From: an uncultured Bosea sp.
GTDB lineage: Bacteria > Pseudomonadota > Alphaproteobacteria > Rhizobiales > Beijerinckiaceae
Length of the DNA stretch: 64,000 nucleotides
NCBI RefSeq assembly: GCF_945956895.1
Contig: NZ_CAMFJF010000006.1
Span: forward strand, 35,366-99,365
Direction: 5' to 3'
Below, one piece after another: positions 58,892 to 64,000 of this stretch (its first letter is position 1; every line of letters starts with the position of its first letter). A model generated the notes under the pieces. It saw nothing but the letters and a program-made list of their open reading frames with translations, did not search any database and was not told where the DNA came from. Made by a program: the position numbers and the translations under genes.

Positions 58892-59312
58892 GCCAGCCTC
58901 ACAATCCGTGATCCAGCCGCGAGCCGGCCCCGATCGCCCGATCGGGTAATGGCCAAGCAGTGGCTGTCAGGTGCGAACGATGTCTCATCAGTGTGAAATC
59001 AACAGCAGATTTGCCGTTCGGCTCGCAAGCGGGTGAATGGAGAAACAGTGCTTCCATTCCGGCATGGCCGGCCCCGTTCGCACGGCCCGGCCTTCTCGCA
59101 TTCCACAGCGTCGACAGCAAGGGTGCGATCGGGGGGGGCCGTCAGGCCGTGCGTCGGCGGGTTGCCGGACTCCTCGAATCCGGCTGCGGGCGAACGATAT
59201 CCTCCGAACGCCCAATCACCCGTTTTGCGCTGTCGACAACTTGGATGCTGCGTGCATATCATGCGGCCGTCTGGAGCCCGGTGCTCGCTCGCAGGCCTAT
59301 TCGGAGGCGGTG

Positions 59313-60548
59313 ATGACGATGCTGCATTTCAAGAACTTCGCTTTGCTCGAACCCGGTTTCGGTGAGCTCCGACAGGGCTACGAACTCGTCGTCGAGGGCG
59401 ACACGATCCGTGAGCTCTCCGACAAGCCGTTGAAGCCCGCCAAGGCCGATGTGATCGATTGCGGCGGGCGCACGCTGATGCCCGGCCTGATCGACAGTCA
59501 TGTCCATGTCTTCCTGTCCGAGGTCTATATCCGGACGATGGAGAGCATGCCGCTGACGCTGATGACGGCGCGCGCTGTCCGGCTGATGAAGGGCATGCTC
59601 GATCGCGGCTTCACCAGCGTGCGCGACACCGGCGGCGCCGACTGGGGCATCAAGGAAGCGGTCGAGAAGGGTGATGTCTCTGGTCCCCGCCTGTTCATCG
59701 CCGGCGCCGCCATCGGCCCGACCGGCGGCCATAGCGACCCGCGCCGGCGCACCGATTTCGGCGCGCGCTGCCATTGCTGCAACGCCATGGCCTATACGAT
59801 GAACGTCTCCGATGGTGTCTCCTCGGTGCGCAAGTCGGTGCGCGAGCAGATGCGGCTCGGCGCCGACCATATCAAGATCATGATGTCCGGCGGCGTCGCC
59901 AGCCCCTACGATCCCCTGGATTCGATGCAGTTCAGCGTCGATGAGGTGAAGGCCGCGGTCGAGGAGGCGAAGGCCTTCGGCCGCTATGTCTGCGCCCATG
60001 CCTATACGCCGGAGGCGATCACGCGGGCGGCGCAATGCGGCGTGCGCGCGATCGAGCACGGCAACCTGATCGACGAAGCCTCGGCCAAGCTGATGGCGGA
60101 GAACAACATGTTCCTCACGGCCAATCTCGTCGCCTATTACGCGATGAAGGAGCGCGCGGCCGAGTTCGGCATGACCGGCGACATGCTGGCCAAGAACGAC
60201 CTCGTCATCGATGGCGGCCTGCGCTCCCTCGAAATCTGCAAGCGTGCCGGCGTGCCGGTCGCCTATGGCTCGGACCTGCTCGGCCAGCTGCAGAGCGAGC
60301 AGTCGCGCGAGTTCCTGCTGCGCCGCGAGGTGCTCTCGCCGCTGGAGATCATCCGCTCGGCGACGACGGTCGGTGCCCAGATCCTGCGCATGGAAGGCAA
60401 GCTCGGCACGGTGCAGACCGGCGCCTTCGCCGACCTGATTCTTGTCGACGGCGATCCGCTGAAGGACCTCGCGCTGTTCCAGGAGCAGGGCAAGCACCTG
60501 GCCGCGATCATGAAGGGCGGCGCCTTCCACAAGAACACGCTGCATTGA
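59313..60548 (+). CDS. Metal-dependent amidohydrolase family protein
   Basis: ATG at 59313 with a GGAGG SD. PGLIDSHVHV metal-binding motif. About 410 aa. Confidence 0.8.
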   Translation: MTMLHFKNFALLEPGFGELRQGYELVVEGDTIRELSDKPLKPAKADVIDCGGRTLMPGLIDSHVHVFLSEVYIRTMESMPLTLMTARAVRLMKGMLDRGFTSVRDTGGADWGIKEAVEKGDVSGPRLFIAGAAIGPTGGHSDPRRRTDFGARCHCCNAMAYTMNVSDGVSSVRKSVREQMRLGADHIKIMMSGGVASPYDPLDSMQFSVDEVKAAVEEAKAFGRYVCAHAYTPEAITRAAQCGVRAIEHGNLIDEASAKLMAENNMFLTANLVAYYAMKERAAEFGMTGDMLAKNDLVIDGGLRSLEICKRAGVPVAYGSDLLGQLQSEQSREFLLRREVLSPLEIIRSATTVGAQILRMEGKLGTVQTGAFADLILVDGDPLKDLALFQEQGKHLAAIMKGGAFHKNTLH

Positions 60549-60701
60549 GCCCTGCCCAACCGCCGGCCAGCGCATGATGGAAATGCAGGCTTCACTGTTT
60601 GTAAGTGGCGTCGCAAACTGCCGCTCCAACGAGGGAATGGTCTTGGCCTCCAGAGCGGACAACATGCGGCAGGGTATGGCCTGCCATCGGGGACAAGCCG
60701 G

Positions 60702-61517
60702 GTGAGCGCCGGTTCGCAGCGATTCGGGCGCTACGCGCTCAATGGTGCAGCCGGGCTCTCGCTCGGCTTTATCCTGCTTCCTTTGATCTTCGTGACCTGG
60801 CTCGCCTTCTTCCGGCAGGAGATTCCCTCCTTCCCGCCAGAGGGCTACTCGCTGAAATGGTTCGCCGGGGCGGCGAACAACAAGCCCTTCATCGACGGCT
60901 TCATGCTGAGCCTTCAGGTCGCCGTAGCGTCCACGCTGATCGGTCTTCTCCTCGGCGTGCCGGCGAGCCTCGCGCTGGTGCGCCATCGCATTCCGCTGGG
61001 CGGCGGCGTCAGCACGCTGCTGCTGTTGCCGCTGGTGATGCCGGGGATCGTGCTGGGCACCGCGACCTATGTCTTCCAGATCGAGGTCGAGATCGCCACG
61101 CAGTTGCCGGTGATGGGCTCGCTCGGCGGGCTCATCGCCGCGCATACGCTCGTCGTGATTCCCTGGGTGGTGCGCCTGGTGACGGCGAGCCTCGTCGGCT
61201 TCGACCGCTCGATCGAGGAGGCCGCGCAGAATCTGGGCGCAGGCCCGGTCACGACCTTCTGGCGGGTGACTCTGCCGAGCATCCGGCCCGGCATCGTCGC
61301 CGCCGCCCTGTTCGGCTTCGTGACCTCGTTCGGCAATCTGGAGATGAGCCTCTTCCTGGTCGGGCCGGGGCGCACGACGCTGCCGATCGCGATCCTCCAG
61401 TATCTCGAATGGAAGATCGATCCGACGGTGGCGGCGGCCTCGCTGATCCAGATCGTCCTGATCTGCGTCGCGATGATCGTGACCGATCGCTATGTCAAAC
61501 TGAGCCGGGTGGTGTGA
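60702..61517 (+). CDS. ABC transporter permease (PotC/spermidine-putrescine type)
   Basis: 6 TM segments and an EAA-like loop EEAAQNLGAGPVTTFWRVTLP. GTG start. Confidence 0.8.
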   Translation: MSAGSQRFGRYALNGAAGLSLGFILLPLIFVTWLAFFRQEIPSFPPEGYSLKWFAGAANNKPFIDGFMLSLQVAVASTLIGLLLGVPASLALVRHRIPLGGGVSTLLLLPLVMPGIVLGTATYVFQIEVEIATQLPVMGSLGGLIAAHTLVVIPWVVRLVTASLVGFDRSIEEAAQNLGAGPVTTFWRVTLPSIRPGIVAAALFGFVTSFGNLEMSLFLVGPGRTTLPIAILQYLEWKIDPTVAAASLIQIVLICVAMIVTDRYVKLSRVV

Positions 61518-61521
61518 ACGG

Positions 61522-62580
61522 ATGGCGCGGCTTTCGATTTCGCACCTGAAGAAGACTTACGGCGCTCTCACGGTGGTCGATGATGTCGATATCACCATCG
61601 CCGATGGTGAGTTCCTGGTGTTGCTCGGCCCCTCCGGCTGCGGCAAGACCACGACCCTGCGCATGATCGCCGGCTTTATCGCGCCGACCTCGGGGGCGAT
61701 CACCATCGGCGAGCAGGACGTCACCAACCTGCCGCCGTGGAAGCGCCATTGCGGGCTGGTTTTCCAGAGCTATGCGCTGTTCCCGCATATGACGGTTGCG
61801 CAGAACGTCGCCTTCGGTCTGGAGATGCACAAGGTGCCGCAAGCCGAGCGCGGCCCGCGTGTCGCCGAGGCGCTCAGGCTCGTGCGGCTCGGCGGCTTCG
61901 ACGAGCGCTATCCGCGCCAGCTTTCCGGCGGCCAGCAGCAGCGCGTCGCCCTGGCGCGCGCGCTGGCGATGGAGCCGCAAGTGCTGCTGCTCGATGAGCC
62001 GCTTTCCAATCTCGATGCCAAGCTGCGCCTGGAGGTGCGGATCGAGATCCGCGAATTGCAGCAAAAGCTCGGCCTGACCACGATCATGGTGACCCATGAC
62101 CAGGAGGAGGCGCTGACGATGGCGGACCGCCTCGTCGTGATGGAAAAGGGGCAGGTGCGCCAGATCGGTACCCAGCGCGAGCTCTACGAGAAGCCGGCTG
62201 ACCGCTTCGTCGCCGGCTTCATCGGGCGCAGCGCCTTCGTCGAGGGGCAGGTCACAGGGCAGGGCCGTTTCCGCACCGCCGGCGGGCTCGACATCGCCTG
62301 TACTGCGGCTGCCGCGTCCGGGCCGGCAACGCTGGCGCTGCGGCCCGAGCGGATCGCGGTCGGCGGCGAGGCGGAGGGTTTGCCGAACCGCTTTCAGGCG
62401 CGGATCGAGCATGCCTCCTATCTCGGCGCGCAACTCGATGTGCAGGTCGCGCTCAACGAGCAGGACCGCATGCTCCTGCAGATCCCGAACAAGGTCGGAC
62501 TCGCCGAGCCGCATGTCGGCGAGAGCATCACGATAGGCTGGGCCGAAAGCGCCGGGCTCGTCTATCCGCAAGGGGCCTGA
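61522..62580 (+). CDS. ABC transporter ATP-binding protein (PotA-like)
   Basis: GPSGCGKTT, LSGGQQQR, LLLDEP, and a C-terminal TOBE-like domain. Confidence 0.9.
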   Translation: MARLSISHLKKTYGALTVVDDVDITIADGEFLVLLGPSGCGKTTTLRMIAGFIAPTSGAITIGEQDVTNLPPWKRHCGLVFQSYALFPHMTVAQNVAFGLEMHKVPQAERGPRVAEALRLVRLGGFDERYPRQLSGGQQQRVALARALAMEPQVLLLDEPLSNLDAKLRLEVRIEIRELQQKLGLTTIMVTHDQEEALTMADRLVVMEKGQVRQIGTQRELYEKPADRFVAGFIGRSAFVEGQVTGQGRFRTAGGLDIACTAAAASGPATLALRPERIAVGGEAEGLPNRFQARIEHASYLGAQLDVQVALNEQDRMLLQIPNKVGLAEPHVGESITIGWAESAGLVYPQGA

Positions 62581-62617
62581 CGGCCCCCAATCGGCGTCCA
62601 GAAACGAGGGGAATACC

Positions 62618-63664
62618 ATGGCTTCATTCGACAGGCGGGATCTTCTGAAAGGCGCTGGCGCGGCCGCGCTCGCCACGGCGACGGGCATGCCGGCCTTCGC
62701 CCAATCCGGCGGGCGTGTCGTCGTCGGCACCTGGGGTGGCGACTATGCCCGGCTTTTGACCAAGAATATCGAGGACCCGATCCTCAAGCCCAAGGGCCTC
62801 GAGGTGGTGCAGGATCAGGCGGGTGACGCGCCGCGCCGCGCCAAGATGGTCGCGGAAAAGCGCCTGCCGCGCGGCACTGTCGACATCCAGGGCCTGTCGG
62901 CCGCCAACATGTTCGAGATGAACGAGGCCGGCGTGCTCGAGCAGATCGACTATTCCAAGCTGCCCAACGCCAAGAACCTGCTGCCGACGATGAAATACCC
63001 CTATGGCATGGGGCACATCTATTCCGGCAACGTCGTCATCTACAATCCCAAGATCATCTCGCCGGCGCCGAAGGGCTTCAAGGACTGGCTCGATCCGAAA
63101 TGGGGCTCGAAGATCGGCTTCATCGACATCCAGTACCAGTCGATCTTCATCGCGGCCTCGATGGCCGCGACCGGCGGCAAGGACATGAACGACATCGAGA
63201 AGGCCAAGGAAGTCCTGCTCGCGGTCAAGAAGGCTGGCGCGCGCGTCTATCCGACCAACGAGGCCTTCGCTCAGGCGATGAAGAACGAGGAAGTCGGCAT
63301 CAGCGCGATCTGGAAGGCGCGCGTCGTGCAGTGGCAGAACGCCGGCATCCCCTGCGAGGCGGTCTCGCCGATCGAGGGCATCCCGACCTATGTCTCGGGC
63401 TTCGTGATCCAGAAGAATGCGCCGAACAAGGAAAACGCCTACGCCTATATGGACGCGATGCTGGCCAAGGCGCCGCAGGAGGCCTTCGCCGTCGACATGG
63501 GCTATAACGGCACCGTTACCGGCCTCAATGTCGATCCGGCGCTGCATAAGCGCATCGGCTTCACGCCTGAGGAGGAGAAGACCCTCAGGGACCTCGACTA
63601 CGCCTTCCTCGCCAAGAACGATTCGGCGATGAAGGAATGGTGGGACAAGGTCTTCAAGGGCTGA
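62618..63664 (+). CDS. ABC transporter substrate-binding protein (PotD/PotF-like) with Tat-like signal
   Basis: MASFDRRDLLKGAGAAALATATGMPAFA, then an SBP of about 320 aa. Confidence 0.8.
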   Translation: MASFDRRDLLKGAGAAALATATGMPAFAQSGGRVVVGTWGGDYARLLTKNIEDPILKPKGLEVVQDQAGDAPRRAKMVAEKRLPRGTVDIQGLSAANMFEMNEAGVLEQIDYSKLPNAKNLLPTMKYPYGMGHIYSGNVVIYNPKIISPAPKGFKDWLDPKWGSKIGFIDIQYQSIFIAASMAATGGKDMNDIEKAKEVLLAVKKAGARVYPTNEAFAQAMKNEEVGISAIWKARVVQWQNAGIPCEAVSPIEGIPTYVSGFVIQKNAPNKENAYAYMDAMLAKAPQEAFAVDMGYNGTVTGLNVDPALHKRIGFTPEEEKTLRDLDYAFLAKNDSAMKEWWDKVFKG

Positions 63665-63678
63665 CGATCATGCAAGCC

Positions 63679-63792
63679 GTCATTCTCGGGCGAAGCGTAG
63701 CGCAGACCCGAGAATCTCGTGACGATGAGGGGAGTGTCCTCATGAACCGCGCCAAATCGTCCAGAGATGCTCGGGTCAAGCCCGAGCATGAC
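63679..63792. repeat. Type D palindromic repeat, copy 3, between the SBP and the second permease gene
   Basis: Three hairpins: ATTCTCGGG/CCCGAGAAT, ATGAGG/CCTCAT and ATGCTCGGG/CCCGAGCAT, within GTCAT...ATGAC termini. Confidence 0.85.
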
Positions 63793-63803
63793 GAGTTCAC
63801 GGC

Positions 63804-64000
63804 ATGAGCGCCGCTCCCGAAGCCGTCGCCGGCACCCGCACCAGACTCGCCGGCCTGCTCGTCGTGCCGGCGACGCTCTTCGTCGCGCTCATGCTGATCG
63901 GGCCGCTGGCGATCCTGTTCCGCTATTCGCTCAACAAGTTCGTGCCCGGCCAGTTCATGGTCGATGCGCTGGTGATCGAGAACTACGTCAAGTTCTTCAC
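63804..64000 (+). CDS. ABC transporter permease (PotB-like), 3' end cut by window edge
   Basis: ATG at 63804. MSAAPEAVAGTRTRLAGLLVVPATLFVALMLIGPLAILFRYS is a typical N-terminal TM of PotB-type permeases. Open to the window end. Confidence 0.65.
   Translation, partial: MSAAPEAVAGTRTRLAGLLVVPATLFVALMLIGPLAILFRYSLNKFVPGQFMVDALVIENYVKFF

Noticed and set aside
59131-59138. G8 homopolymer as a phase-variation switch
   Set aside because: It is intergenic, is not positioned between recognisable -35/-10 elements or inside a coding region, and short G runs are expected in this GC-rich genome. Kept only as a minor note.
59259-61145. 628-aa minus-strand ORF over the amidohydrolase and permease genes. 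The same class includes 9449-11008, 41980-43548, 934-2427, 54732-55823, 61495-62730 and others
   Set aside because: All are antisense or out of frame relative to genes with recognisable family motifs, and all are Arg/Pro/Gly-rich. Treated as non-coding shadows.

Overview
High-GC (roughly two-thirds G+C by eye) alphaproteobacterial chromosome segment. It looks Hyphomicrobiales/Rhizobiales-like: an Irr regulator with ICE boxes, an Omp19-like lipoprotein, and a hemD/alpha-Mic60/hemY neighbourhood. I can support about 60 protein genes, almost all core housekeeping. They include aceE (partial), asd, a TetR-emrAB efflux unit, irr-bfd-bfr iron storage, a two-domain cold-shock protein, acs, and a tsaD-gpsA-hyp-EVE operon. 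Also present are hemD/Mic60-like, hemY-like, rluD, rpoH, chaC, plsC, ftsEX, hpt, a CpdR-like receiver, prfC, an ABC-2 exporter and an Lrp-hppD pair. From about 49.3 kb onward there is a carbohydrate/organic-acid-type catabolic locus with two ABC importers. I see no rRNA or tRNA genes, CRISPR arrays, transposases, integrases, prophage or recognisable defence island. I did not find a convincing novel multi-gene system. The most interesting signals are non-coding or architectural. (1) A 23-codon Thr/Lys-rich uORF with an overlapping hairpin lies just upstream of asd and is a candidate attenuator. (2) A superfamily of nested-palindromic intergenic repeats with GTCAT...ATGAC termini occurs at 11 loci, two of them inside operons. 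(3) Perfect or near-perfect Irr ICE palindromes sit at irr and bfr, with irr/bfd start-stop overlap and a Cys-rich Bfd extension. (4) HemD is fused in frame to an alpha-Mic60-like protein. (5) A tiny hydrophobic leader ORF plus a 13-bp hairpin lies upstream of the ABC-2 exporter. (6) A Shine-Dalgarno-sequestering hairpin precedes an orphan GH19 lysozyme gene. Many long ORFs in the supplied track are antisense or out-of-frame shadows typical of GC-rich DNA and were rejected. All functional calls come from my reading of the translated ORFs and motifs; no database search was run.
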